Source of the DNA: an uncultured Alphaproteobacteria bacterium | GTDB taxonomy: Bacteria > Pseudomonadota > Alphaproteobacteria > HIMB59 | Assembly: GCA_964480315.1 (NCBI GenBank) | Contig: CAYZPP010000001.1 | Coordinates: 1-44,615 of the forward strand | Reading direction: 5' to 3' | DNA length: 44,615 bases | Shown here: piece by piece, positions 29,211 through 38,291 of the stretch | Position numbering within the stretch: position 1 is the stretch's first letter | Layout of the letters: every line of letters begins with the position of its first letter | Program-made: the position numbers and the translations under genes | The notes under the pieces: model-generated | Told to the model about the DNA's origin: nothing | The model's input: only the letters and a program-made list of their open reading frames with translations | The model's database searches: none

Positions 29211-29343
29211 TTTTTATTTATAGTTTAAACTTAGTAAAAATTTGGAATATTGCTCTAAGCCATTATTATCTTCAGAGCCGAGATACCCATTGATAAAATT
29301 TTTATTACCAAGTTTAGAGTAGTTCATATAATTGGATATTTCA

Positions 29344-31017
29344 TTATTTTTTATATAATTTATTTTTCTGTATATTATATTTTTTAAAAGGAAGTAAATT
29401 ATATTCATGTTGATGTGTGAAAATAATCATTGTAGTTTTACTACTAATTTTCTTAAATAACTTAATACATTTAATTAGACTAATTTTATCCAAAGAACTC
29501 GTTGGTTCATCTAAAATTAAAAAATCCGGCTCTGAAAGAAGTTCCCTAATTATTGCAATTTTTTGTTTTTCGCCACCGGATAAATTACTATTAGACTCAT
29601 TAACATTTATTGATAGATCAATCTTATTATCTTTAAACAAAGAATTAAGACCTAGCAGATTAATTAGCTCATATATTTTTGTCTTTTTAGCCTTTGGATT
29701 TCTTAATAAAAAATTATCCAAAAGTGACATATTAAAAACTACTTCATCTTGAGAAACCATACCTATATTAAAAGCATTTCTTTCATTATTGTTTTTATTT
29801 ATATCAACATCATTATATAAAACTTTACCTGAGTTAGGATGTATAATTCCAGTTATTAAATTGATTAGTGTTGACTTGCCAGATCCAGATTTTCCAAATA
29901 TTATTATAGAGCTATATTTATCTAAATCTAAATTTAAATTGTAAAATATTTTTTTATTTAGACCATAATCGTAAGAAATATTTTGTAGTTTGATATTCTG
30001 AAATTGTTTTCTTAGTTTAATATTATAATCAGTTTCAACATTATTAAAATTATTAGAAATTTTTTCAATATAGATTAATGATTCTCTATTTTTCAGTAAT
30101 GATTGATAGGAATTAAAAAGAGCAAAAATATGTGCAATTAACCTTCTTAAAAGTAACACTGATATAATTACAAGTGAAATATTTGCATCTAGTAAGTACG
30201 TGCTAGTATATCCAATTAGAATAATTAATATTATGGCTATTGGCTCTGAGGTTTCTTTAATTAACTTACTTAGCATAGTAAAATAAAATTGATTAGTATT
30301 GTAATCTTCGATTTTCTTTTTTATGGAAAGAAATATTTTATCTTTAATATTTGTAATCTTTATATACCTATAGTTCCTAAGAGATTCACTTGATCTTTGT
30401 AAATAATTTTGATCAATAATAGTCATATTTCTTCCATAATTTTTAGATAGCTTAGAAATTTTATTTGTAAAAAAAACTAATATCCCAAGTATTAAAACTG
30501 AAGTTAATAAAATTTTAAAACTAATCAGAACAAACAACACAGTAATTGCTATTATTATTAGTAGTCTCTTAATGCACTCAATATATAAATTCCAGAAATG
30601 AAATGAATTAAGTGATTGTGTAGTCATCGCATTTAGTGTCTCACTAATAGATTTATTTGGATTATAACTTGTAGAAAAAAAATTATTGTAAATCCTATAT
30701 CTTAAATCATGAAGATATCTCAAAGTTGATTTAATAACTAGGTATCTAAATAATACAAATGACAAGCTTTGTAAAAAAAGAACTATAATCAGAAAAATAA
30801 CTATTAGTTTCTCATCAAGATTTAATTGGTAGTTTGTATACTGAAAAATGAAATTATTAATTTTAGGTATTAGGCCCTGATCTAGATCTAAAAAAATTGA
30901 AATTATAGGATAAGCGAGGCCGTAAGATACAAATTCAAAAAAAACTACAATTAAAGTTACAAGTAGAACTAAATATATATTTTTAAATTTAAGTAATTTT
31001 CTAAAATCTTTTATCAT
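29344..31017 (-). CDS. ABC transporter permease/ATP-binding protein (PglK/MsbA-like glycan flippase)
   Basis: N-terminal transmembrane domain; Walker A GKSGSGKST, signature LSGGEKQ, Walker B LILDEPTSSLD, H-loop. Confidence 0.88.
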   Translation of the reverse strand: MIKDFRKLLKFKNIYLVLLVTLIVVFFEFVSYGLAYPIISIFLDLDQGLIPKINNFIFQYTNYQLNLDEKLIVIFLIIVLFLQSLSFVLFRYLVIKSTLRYLHDLRYRIYNNFFSTSYNPNKSISETLNAMTTQSLNSFHFWNLYIECIKRLLIIIAITVLFVLISFKILLTSVLILGILVFFTNKISKLSKNYGRNMTIIDQNYLQRSSESLRNYRYIKITNIKDKIFLSIKKKIEDYNTNQFYFTMLSKLIKETSEPIAIILIILIGYTSTYLLDANISLVIISVLLLRRLIAHIFALFNSYQSLLKNRESLIYIEKISNNFNNVETDYNIKLRKQFQNIKLQNISYDYGLNKKIFYNLNLDLDKYSSIIIFGKSGSGKSTLINLITGIIHPNSGKVLYNDVDINKNNNERNAFNIGMVSQDEVVFNMSLLDNFLLRNPKAKKTKIYELINLLGLNSLFKDNKIDLSINVNESNSNLSGGEKQKIAIIRELLSEPDFLILDEPTSSLDKISLIKCIKLFKKISSKTTMIIFTHQHEYNLLPFKKYNIQKNKLYKK

Positions 31018-31029
31018 CTGAAAACTAGT

Positions 31030-32019
31030 TTAAGGATATATTATATGAGATCCTTTTGTCTCAAATTTAATATCTTTTAGTACTCTATCTTTAAAAATTT
31101 CCTCTATTTTTTTAATTTTATTACTAGGACACAAGAATAATAGAAACCCACCATTACCAGAGCCTAATAACTTACCACCGTACGCACCCAAACCCATGAC
31201 TTTGTCATAAATCTCATCAATTTTATCATTTGTTATTGATTTATGAATAAGTTTTTTATGATGCCAATTCTCACTTAATAACTTTCCAAAATTTTTTATT
31301 GAAAAATTATCTGATTTAGCTTCTATAATAGCTTCTTTAGTTATATCTAAAATATTATTAAAATGTTGGTGTGAATTACCTTTTTTAATTTTTGCTAATT
31401 TTATTTTCTCTAATGGTTCAGAATTTCTATGAAGCCCAGTGAAGATTAATATCAAGTTAGTTTCTATTTTTTTAATCAAATCTTTTTTTTTAATTACCGA
31501 TAGATTAAATTGATTATTTTTTTTCATTGAAATAATATTGAAGCCACCGAATGAAGCAGCTATGTGGTCTTGAATACCAACCGATTCATTAAGCACTTTT
31601 TGTTCAATATAAATTGCGTCTTGAGCTAATTTTTTTTTATTAATTTTATAATTATTAATTTTATAAAGAGCGTTTAAGAGACCAACTGTAAAAGTTGAAC
31701 TTGATCCAAGTCCAGATCGTGATGGAAGTTCTCCGTGGTGAACTAATTCTATGGGTTTATTATGAAATTCTAAATATCCTAAGCATGACCTAATTGAATT
31801 ATGTTTTATATTTTTTATATCATTAGTATATTCATTTTTATAATATCTGAGGGAATACTTATAATCCAAGATCTTTGGTAAGTCTCTTATTGTTACATAG
31901 CAATATCTATCAATTGATGTGCTTAAAATCAATCCATCATTTCCTTGATCCAACCATTCAGAAAGATCAGTACCTCCCCCAAAAAAAGATATTCGATATG
32001 GAGTTTTAGTAATTATCAT
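31030..32019 (-). CDS. hddA: GHMP kinase, D-glycero-D-manno-heptose-7-phosphate kinase (HddA-like)
   Basis: TPYRISFFGGGTD, LPSRSGLGSSS, GIQDH..A.FGG, GAYGGKLLGSGNGGF. Confidence 0.85.
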   Translation of the reverse strand: MIITKTPYRISFFGGGTDLSEWLDQGNDGLILSTSIDRYCYVTIRDLPKILDYKYSLRYYKNEYTNDIKNIKHNSIRSCLGYLEFHNKPIELVHHGELPSRSGLGSSSTFTVGLLNALYKINNYKINKKKLAQDAIYIEQKVLNESVGIQDHIAASFGGFNIISMKKNNQFNLSVIKKKDLIKKIETNLILIFTGLHRNSEPLEKIKLAKIKKGNSHQHFNNILDITKEAIIEAKSDNFSIKNFGKLLSENWHHKKLIHKSITNDKIDEIYDKVMGLGAYGGKLLGSGNGGFLLFLCPSNKIKKIEEIFKDRVLKDIKFETKGSHIIYP

Positions 32020-32064
32020 AATTTGATTTGTTTTTTTGAACTATTAGTATAAACATTTTTAGGT

Positions 32065-33225
32065 ATGAAATTTATGTTATCTTACGATACTTGGGATAAA
32101 AAAGAAAGACAAGTACTCAAAAATCTCTATAAGGAAAATCAATTTACAATTTCAAAAAAAACTGAATTATTCGAAAAAATATTCTCAACTACAATAAATA
32201 AGAAATATTCTCTTATGGTTAATTCGGGTTCATCAGCTAATCTATTAGCAATTGCAGCTCTATTCTTCAAAAAAGATAACCCTCTTAAAAGAGGCGATGA
32301 AGTTATAGTTCCAGCAATTTCTTGGAGTACTACCTATGCTCCTCTCCAACAGTACGGTTTAAAAATAATAGTAGTAGACTGTGAGCCTGAATCATTGAAC
32401 ATCGATATAAATAAAATCAAAAAACATATAACAAAAAAGACAAAATTAATTGTTGGGGTTAGTATTTTGGGAAACCCAGCAAAATTAGATAAAATAAAAG
32501 CACTATGTAAATTAAAAAAAATTTACTTTTTTAATGATAACTGTGAGAGCCTAGGAGCAAGAATAAAAGAAAAACAAACTAGCAGTTTTGGAGATATTTC
32601 CACACATAGTTTTTTTTATTCCCATCATATATCTACTATTGAAGGAGGAATGGCATCAACTGATAATTTTGAACTGTATTGTTTAATGAATTCATTAAGG
32701 TCTCATGGATGGACTAGAAATCTTCCAAAAAAAAACCCATTAGTTAAAAATAATTATGAAGGCTTTGAGCAGTATAACTTCATCATGCCAGGCTATAATG
32801 TAAGACCTAATGAAATTTATGCCGCTTTAGGAATAGTCCAAATAAAAAAATTAGAAAATATGATTAATATTAGAAGAAAAAATCTTAAACTTTTTTATGA
32901 ATTGTTTGATAATTCAAAATATTTAAATATTTTTAAATCTAAAGATTATGATTCTAGCTTTTCATTTCCCTTCCTGCTAAAAGATTTTGACAAGACACTA
33001 TTAAAAAAAATATTTATAATACTTAGAAAAAAAAAGATCCAATTTAGGTCAATTACTGGAGGAAATTTTGCACGACATACATATAAAAAACATTTTAATT
33101 TAAGCATTCCAGAAAATTTAACTCATGCTAATAACGCTCATGATTTTGGTTTCGCCGTTGGAAATTCAGCAGTTAATTTAGAGAAAGAAATTGTTTATCT
33201 CCATAAGGCTTTAAAAGAAATTTAA
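32065..33225 (+). CDS. PLP-dependent GDP-4-keto-6-deoxy-sugar 3-dehydratase (ColD-like)
   Basis: VNSGSSANL, PAISWSTT, DNCESLGA, SFFYSHHISTIEGG (His at the Schiff-base Lys position), LRSHGWTRNL, PGYNVRP. Confidence 0.88.
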   Translation: MKFMLSYDTWDKKERQVLKNLYKENQFTISKKTELFEKIFSTTINKKYSLMVNSGSSANLLAIAALFFKKDNPLKRGDEVIVPAISWSTTYAPLQQYGLKIIVVDCEPESLNIDINKIKKHITKKTKLIVGVSILGNPAKLDKIKALCKLKKIYFFNDNCESLGARIKEKQTSSFGDISTHSFFYSHHISTIEGGMASTDNFELYCLMNSLRSHGWTRNLPKKNPLVKNNYEGFEQYNFIMPGYNVRPNEIYAALGIVQIKKLENMINIRRKNLKLFYELFDNSKYLNIFKSKDYDSSFSFPFLLKDFDKTLLKKIFIILRKKKIQFRSITGGNFARHTYKKHFNLSIPENLTHANNAHDFGFAVGNSAVNLEKEIVYLHKALKEI

Positions 33226-34160
33226 TGAAAATTTTAATTACAGGAGGAGCTGGCTACTTAGGCTCTATGATTTCCACTGACCTTATTAATAATAACCACA
33301 AAGTAACAGTTGTTGATAATCTTTCTTATAAGAAGCAATCTTTAAAACACCTATTCTATTATAAAAATTTCAATTTTATTAACCAAGATGTAAGAGATGT
33401 AAATAAAATGAAAAAAATTTATAAATCCCATGATGTTATATTTCCTTTAGCCGCATTAGTCGGAGCTCCATTATGTGATAAATTCAAAAAAAAGGCTATA
33501 TCAACTAATGAACAGGCAATAAAAGATATGCTGCAAAATATATCTAAAAATCAAAGAATAATATTTCCTAATACGAATAGCGGATACGGTTCTTCTAAAT
33601 CAAATAAAATGTGCAATGAAGAAACGCCATTACTTCCTATTTCTTTATATGGAATTACAAAAAAAAATGCTGAAGAAATGATTATGGAAAGAGAAAATTC
33701 TATTTCTCTTAGATTAGCTACTGTTTTTGGAATAGGTTACAGAAATAGAAAAGATTTATTGGTTAATTTTTTTATTTATCATGCATTAAAAAATGGAGAG
33801 CTTTCTATTTTTGAACCTAATTTTAGAAGAAACTACATTCATTTAAGAGATATAAGCTATACTTTTGATTACTGCTTAGAAAATTTTAATACATTAAAAA
33901 ATAATATTTATAATGTAGGTCTTTCTAAAGCTAATTTAACTAAACTAGAATTATGTAAAAAAATTCAATCTCATATTAAAAATCTAAAAATTAAAATAAT
34001 TAAAAATGCACATGACCCTGACAAAAGAGACTATTTTGTGTCTAATAGAAAATTGGAAAAAAAAGGATGGAAACCAAGAGTCAGTCTTGACCAAGGAATT
34101 ATAGAGGTCATCAAGGGTTATTCTAATTTTTCAAACACGGATCATGATCGTAATTATTAA
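33225..34160 (+). CDS. GDP-D-glycero-D-manno-heptose C4-dehydrogenase-like SDR (Campylobacter Cj1427-like)
   Basis: ITGGAGYLG, PLAALVGAPLC, PNTNSGYG, YGITK, RLATVFG, DLLVN, FRRNYIH, GLSKANLTK, DPDKRDY.VSN; matches Cj1427 as I recall it. Confidence 0.8.
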   Translation: MKILITGGAGYLGSMISTDLINNNHKVTVVDNLSYKKQSLKHLFYYKNFNFINQDVRDVNKMKKIYKSHDVIFPLAALVGAPLCDKFKKKAISTNEQAIKDMLQNISKNQRIIFPNTNSGYGSSKSNKMCNEETPLLPISLYGITKKNAEEMIMERENSISLRLATVFGIGYRNRKDLLVNFFIYHALKNGELSIFEPNFRRNYIHLRDISYTFDYCLENFNTLKNNIYNVGLSKANLTKLELCKKIQSHIKNLKIKIIKNAHDPDKRDYFVSNRKLEKKGWKPRVSLDQGIIEVIKGYSNFSNTDHDRNY

Positions 34161-34166
34161 TTTAAA

Positions 34167-35138
34167 ATGAGAAGATTTTCAAAAATTTTAATTACAGGAA
34201 TTCATGGTTCAGGTGGAAGCTATTTAGCAGAACATTTATTAAATAAAAATATTAAAACTAAGATTTATGGAATCTATAATAAAAGTAATAATCAAAATAT
34301 AAAGCATTTAGATAAAAATAAACTTAAGACTTACCAATGTGATTTGACAAATTTTAAAAAAACAAAGCAAATAATAGAAAAAATAAAGCCAGATTTAATA
34401 TTTCATTTAGCTTCTAACGCAGATGTAAAGTTATCATTTTCAAAACCTTTTGAAATAATTAAAAATAATTGTGAATTAACTATGAATCTATTAGAGTCAG
34501 TAAGAATTATAAAATCCCTTTCTCCTTTAATAATAATTTGTAGTACCTCAGAGGTATATGGGCAAGTGACCAAGAAAGATATACCAATTAAGGAAGATCA
34601 GATGATTAACCCTGTCAATCCTTATGCAGTCTCAAAAACCTTTCAAGATTTAATGGCGCAAAATTATTATAAAAATTTTAATATGAAAATTATAATTACT
34701 AGAATGTTTACTTATTTAAATCCCAGAAGAACAAATTTATTTGCATCTAATTGGGCTAATCAAATAGCGTTAATAGAAATTGGAAAACAAAAAATACTCC
34801 ATCATGGTAATTTAAATTCTGTAAGAACTATTTTAGATATGGAAAATACAATGGAGGCCTATTGGCTTAGTGCGCAAAAAGGTAGAATAGGTGAAATTTA
34901 TAATATTGGAGGTGTTGAGCCAATTAAGATTAAATTTTTCTTAAAACAATTAATATCTTATTCTGATAAAAAAATTAAAAAATTTTTAGATCCAAAATTA
35001 TTAAGAAAAAATGATGTCACTCTACAAGTTCCTGATATTTCGAAGTTTAAAAAGCATACAGGCTGGAAAAATACTACAAAAGTAGAAAAAAGCGCATTAG
35101 AATTACTTATGTACTTTAGGGATAAGCATAATGTCTAA
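34167..35138 (+). CDS. GDP-sugar 4,6-dehydratase (DmhA/Gmd-like, probably acting on GDP-heptose)
   Basis: ITGIHGSGGSYLA, PDLIFHLAS, STSEVYG, PYAVSK, TRMFTYLNPRR, QIALIE.G, GNLNSVRT..D. Confidence 0.8.
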   Translation: MRRFSKILITGIHGSGGSYLAEHLLNKNIKTKIYGIYNKSNNQNIKHLDKNKLKTYQCDLTNFKKTKQIIEKIKPDLIFHLASNADVKLSFSKPFEIIKNNCELTMNLLESVRIIKSLSPLIIICSTSEVYGQVTKKDIPIKEDQMINPVNPYAVSKTFQDLMAQNYYKNFNMKIIITRMFTYLNPRRTNLFASNWANQIALIEIGKQKILHHGNLNSVRTILDMENTMEAYWLSAQKGRIGEIYNIGGVEPIKIKFFLKQLISYSDKKIKKFLDPKLLRKNDVTLQVPDISKFKKHTGWKNTTKVEKSALELLMYFRDKHNV

Positions 35139-36120
35139 ATTTTATTTAAAAAAAAGAATTCTAGTGGCAGGGGGGAGTGGGGTGATAGGAAGACAACTAG
35201 TTCAAAAACTAGTAAGTTTTGGAGCCCTCGTTACCGTAGTGTCTTTAGATGACTTTAAATCATCAAAAAATCTTAAGTTTATTAAATGTGACCTACGAAG
35301 TTTTGATAATTGTATAAAGGTGTGTAAAAATATAGATATAGTTTTCAATCTAGCAGGAGTAAAAGGCTCTCCTAAAATGACTATAGAGCAACCAGCTAGT
35401 TTTTTTGTTCCTACAATTATGTTCAGTATTAACTTAATGGAAGCAGCCAGAAGAAGTAATGTTGAGAGATATTTATATACTAGTTCTATAGGAGTTTATT
35501 CACCCAAAAAAACTTTTATAGAAGATGATGTTTGGAAAACTTTTCCATCTAAAAATGATAAATTTGCAGGATGGGCTAAAAGAATATCAGAGTTACAAAG
35601 CGAAGCTTATGAGATACAGTATAAATGGAATAAAATTTCAATTGTCAGGCCAGCTAATGTATATGGACCTTATGACAATTTTGATATTAATAATGCTATG
35701 GTTATACCGTCTCTTATATATAAATCTCTCAATGCAAAAAAATATTTAGAAGTTTGGGGCGATGGTAGTCCAATAAGAGATTTTGTATATTCTTCAGATG
35801 TCGCTGACGGAATGATACTAGCTGTAAAAAAAGGATATACAAAACCTATTAATTTGGGCTCTGGTAAAAAAACTTCTATCAAAAAAATTGTAGAAATAAT
35901 TAATAAAAATATCCCTAACGGACCTTTAGATATTAAGTGGGATATATCAAAGCCAGCTGGAGATAAAATTAGATTGATGAATATAGACAGAGCAGTATCA
36001 ATCGGATATAAGCCAAAAATAAATATTGATGAAGGAATAAAAATTACAATTCAATGGTTATTATCTAATAAAAAAGAATTGAATAAAAAAAAATATAATA
36101 GTTTTACCGAAAAAGTATAG
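35131..36120 (+). CDS. Extended SDR NDP-sugar epimerase/reductase (Fcl/GME-like)
   Basis: VAGGSGVIG, FNLAG, RPANVYGPYDNFD, VIPSLI, VWGDGSPIRDFVY, NLGSG. Confidence 0.85.
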   Translation: MSKFYLKKRILVAGGSGVIGRQLVQKLVSFGALVTVVSLDDFKSSKNLKFIKCDLRSFDNCIKVCKNIDIVFNLAGVKGSPKMTIEQPASFFVPTIMFSINLMEAARRSNVERYLYTSSIGVYSPKKTFIEDDVWKTFPSKNDKFAGWAKRISELQSEAYEIQYKWNKISIVRPANVYGPYDNFDINNAMVIPSLIYKSLNAKKYLEVWGDGSPIRDFVYSSDVADGMILAVKKGYTKPINLGSGKKTSIKKIVEIINKNIPNGPLDIKWDISKPAGDKIRLMNIDRAVSIGYKPKINIDEGIKITIQWLLSNKKELNKKKYNSFTEKV

Positions 36121-36121
36121 T

Positions 36122-37075
36122 CTACTTGTAATTAGCTTTAACCCAATCAAAAGTTTTTAAAATTGAATCTTCAATCTTTGTACTGGGTTTCCAGCCTATA
36201 ACTTTTTTTATTTTTGAGTTGCTAACAAGAATATTAACATTAATCGTCGGTTTATCTTTTAGAAAAACAGTCTGGTTTGTTAATATTTTTTTCTTGATTA
36301 GTTTATTTATAATTTCTCTAATTGAATATTGTTTTCCAAAGCACACATTTAAAATTTCAAAATTAGATGTTTGTTTTTTTATTATCATCTTTAAAGCCTT
36401 CAAAAAATCATCTATATGTAAAAAGTCTCTTTTTTCATATCCGCTTCCCCACACTTCTAATTTCTCATTCTTTTTCAGTTTTATTATTCTAGAAATTATA
36501 GCGGCCATAAAGTGTGATTTATTACTAAAAAACTTATCATAAGGGCCATATAAATTTGAGTGTCTTAAAACACTAAATTTAGTATTGCTATTTTTTGAAT
36601 AAAATTCACATAAGCTCTCTATGTATAGTTTTAATTTTGCTATACCTGCATAGTTGGGGTGGATTTCTTTCTTATGATCTAAGTCATTTTCTTTTAACTG
36701 TTTATTAGAATGGGGATACATCACTGTACAACTTAAGAAAATAAAATGACCTATTTTGTTATGTATTGCTTCTTGCAGAATTAAACTATTCATAATTATG
36801 TTATCGGTTATAAAGAGAAATGGATTTTTTGACATCTCTTCAACACCAGAAGTAAACGCTGCACATTGAAAAACTATGTCATATTTAGTCATAATCTTTT
36901 TTACATCTGCTTTTTTAGTTAAATCGGCTTTCTTCCATATAATATTTTTACTTTTATACTTAGGTTTAGTTTTAAAATAAGTAGCATAAATTATATTTTT
37001 AGAATTATCATATTCTCTTAATATATTTGAACCTACAAAACCAGTTGCTCCACAAATTAGAATTTTATTTTTCAT
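36122..37075 (-). CDS. Extended SDR NDP-sugar epimerase/reductase (Fcl-like)
   Basis: ICGATGFVG, CAAFTSG, RHSNLYGPYDKF..SHF, VWGSG.EKRDFLHIDD. Start placed at ATG 37075, which has a GGAG ribosome-binding site. Confidence 0.85.
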   Translation of the reverse strand: MKNKILICGATGFVGSNILREYDNSKNIIYATYFKTKPKYKSKNIIWKKADLTKKADVKKIMTKYDIVFQCAAFTSGVEEMSKNPFLFITDNIIMNSLILQEAIHNKIGHFIFLSCTVMYPHSNKQLKENDLDHKKEIHPNYAGIAKLKLYIESLCEFYSKNSNTKFSVLRHSNLYGPYDKFFSNKSHFMAAIISRIIKLKKNEKLEVWGSGYEKRDFLHIDDFLKALKMIIKKQTSNFEILNVCFGKQYSIREIINKLIKKKILTNQTVFLKDKPTINVNILVSNSKIKKVIGWKPSTKIEDSILKTFDWVKANYK

Positions 37076-37601
37076 TGTAAAAATCTCCATTTTCAATCAT
37101 TAAAGTAGATACAGAGTCTTTCCTTAAATAAGCTTTTTTATATTCTTTTAGTATTTGTTTAGGTTCATTAAGTAAAACAACATTTATCTCAGTCAAAATA
37201 TTTTTAAAGATCTCAGTATAATCTTGTGTATGTTGCACACCTCCATTTAATGGTTTTTTAGAACCAATAGATGTTCTTATTATAACTCTTGGCTTCAATT
37301 CTTTATTAGACATATGTCTTATTTTATCAAGATGATTAACCATTTGATTCATAGCAAGTATGAGAAAATCAAATCTAGGGTAACAAGTTATTGGTGTGAA
37401 GCCTTTTATAGCCAATCCTGTTGACATACCCATTTGAACATCCTCAAATACTGGTAATTCAATCTTTTTATTTTCAGGAACATCTTTGAGTGTGTTAAAA
37501 ATTGCATTACCCGAATATGAAACAGACTGACCCAAAAAAATAGTATCTTTTTTTTTAGAAAGAAATGTCATTGACTTAATTAATTCTTCTTTATATTTCA
37601 T
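37065..37601 (-). CDS. ThDP-dependent enzyme, E1-beta/transketolase pyrimidine-binding subunit (no C-terminal domain)
   Basis: IFLGQSV, ELPVFEDVQMG..GLA, PRFDFLILAMNQMVNHLDK, GVQHTQD. Start placed at ATG 37601, just after the alpha-subunit stop. Confidence 0.85.
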   Translation of the reverse strand: MKYKEELIKSMTFLSKKKDTIFLGQSVSYSGNAIFNTLKDVPENKKIELPVFEDVQMGMSTGLAIKGFTPITCYPRFDFLILAMNQMVNHLDKIRHMSNKELKPRVIIRTSIGSKKPLNGGVQHTQDYTEIFKNILTEINVVLLNEPKQILKEYKKAYLRKDSVSTLMIENGDFYNEK

Positions 37602-37602
37602 A

Positions 37603-38220
37603 CTAAAATAAAACCCAACTTCCTGTCCCATGATGTGGAAATTTTCTTTTATATTTATAATATATTACGTCTTTAGGTATTATACTTTTATTTTTCCAAA
37701 CCTTATCTGTTGGTGAATTAGTACTCATATTATTATCTTCCACAATAAATTTTATAGGAAGTTTAAAATTTTTAGCATACTTATAGGCTTCATGGAAAAC
37801 TCCTGTTTCAAAGGTCATGTCACCAATAAAAACATACACAAATGATTTTGATCCTTCCATTTTTAAGCCTAAAGCTATACCCAGCCCAATTGATAAGCCT
37901 CCCCCAACTATAGATGAAGAATAAAAATTATTTTTTTTTGAAATTATTCCCATGCTTTTTCCGCTCATGATTAATTTTTTTAGTTTTGTTTTTGATATTC
38001 CATGAAGGAGGGCGTGGTAGTGATTTCTCCAAGAGGAAATGACCCAATCGTCGCGATTAATTTTTCTAAAAATAGATATTAACTGGTCTTCATTATCGCC
38101 TGATAAGTGAATAGGAGATTTAATTTTACCATCTTCGTAGAGTTTTTTTATTTCGTATTCAAAGTTAATAATTTCTTTTTTTTTAAGCTCTTCTATTTTA
38201 TTTAATTTTATTGATTTCAT
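37603..38220 (-). CDS. ThDP-dependent enzyme, E1-alpha-like diphosphate-binding subunit (short)
   Basis: GKIKSPIHLSG.NE, SSWRNHYHAL..G, SSIVGG, ThDP motif GDMTFETG..HEA...FIVEDN. Confidence 0.88.
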   Translation of the reverse strand: MKSIKLNKIEELKKKEIINFEYEIKKLYEDGKIKSPIHLSGDNEDQLISIFRKINRDDWVISSWRNHYHALLHGISKTKLKKLIMSGKSMGIISKKNNFYSSSIVGGGLSIGLGIALGLKMEGSKSFVYVFIGDMTFETGVFHEAYKYAKNFKLPIKFIVEDNNMSTNSPTDKVWKNKSIIPKDVIYYKYKRKFPHHGTGSWVLF

Positions 38221-38291
38221 ATAAATTAATGTCAAAAATACATATTATATATTTGTAAAAAATTGAAATTCGATGTTAACTATTTATTATT

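Noticed and set aside
29214-29408. 64-aa ORF after the ABC transporter as a real gene
   Set aside because: It overlaps the ABC gene by 65 nt and has no recognisable motif; kept only as a possible remnant in the findings.
31975-31987. C6/A7 run in hddA and the many A/T runs of 8-10 nt as phase-variation tracts
   Set aside because: The run encodes the conserved FFGGG motif, frames are intact, and A/T runs are expected at this base composition.
32065-33225. Ordinary DegT aminotransferase or Fe-S-dependent RfbH
   Set aside because: His replaces the catalytic Lys, and the HGWTR motif without a Cys cluster fits ColD-type dehydratases.
37065-38235. Housekeeping pyruvate dehydrogenase E1
   Set aside because: Both subunits are far too short, there is no E2/E3, and the context is nucleotide-sugar genes.
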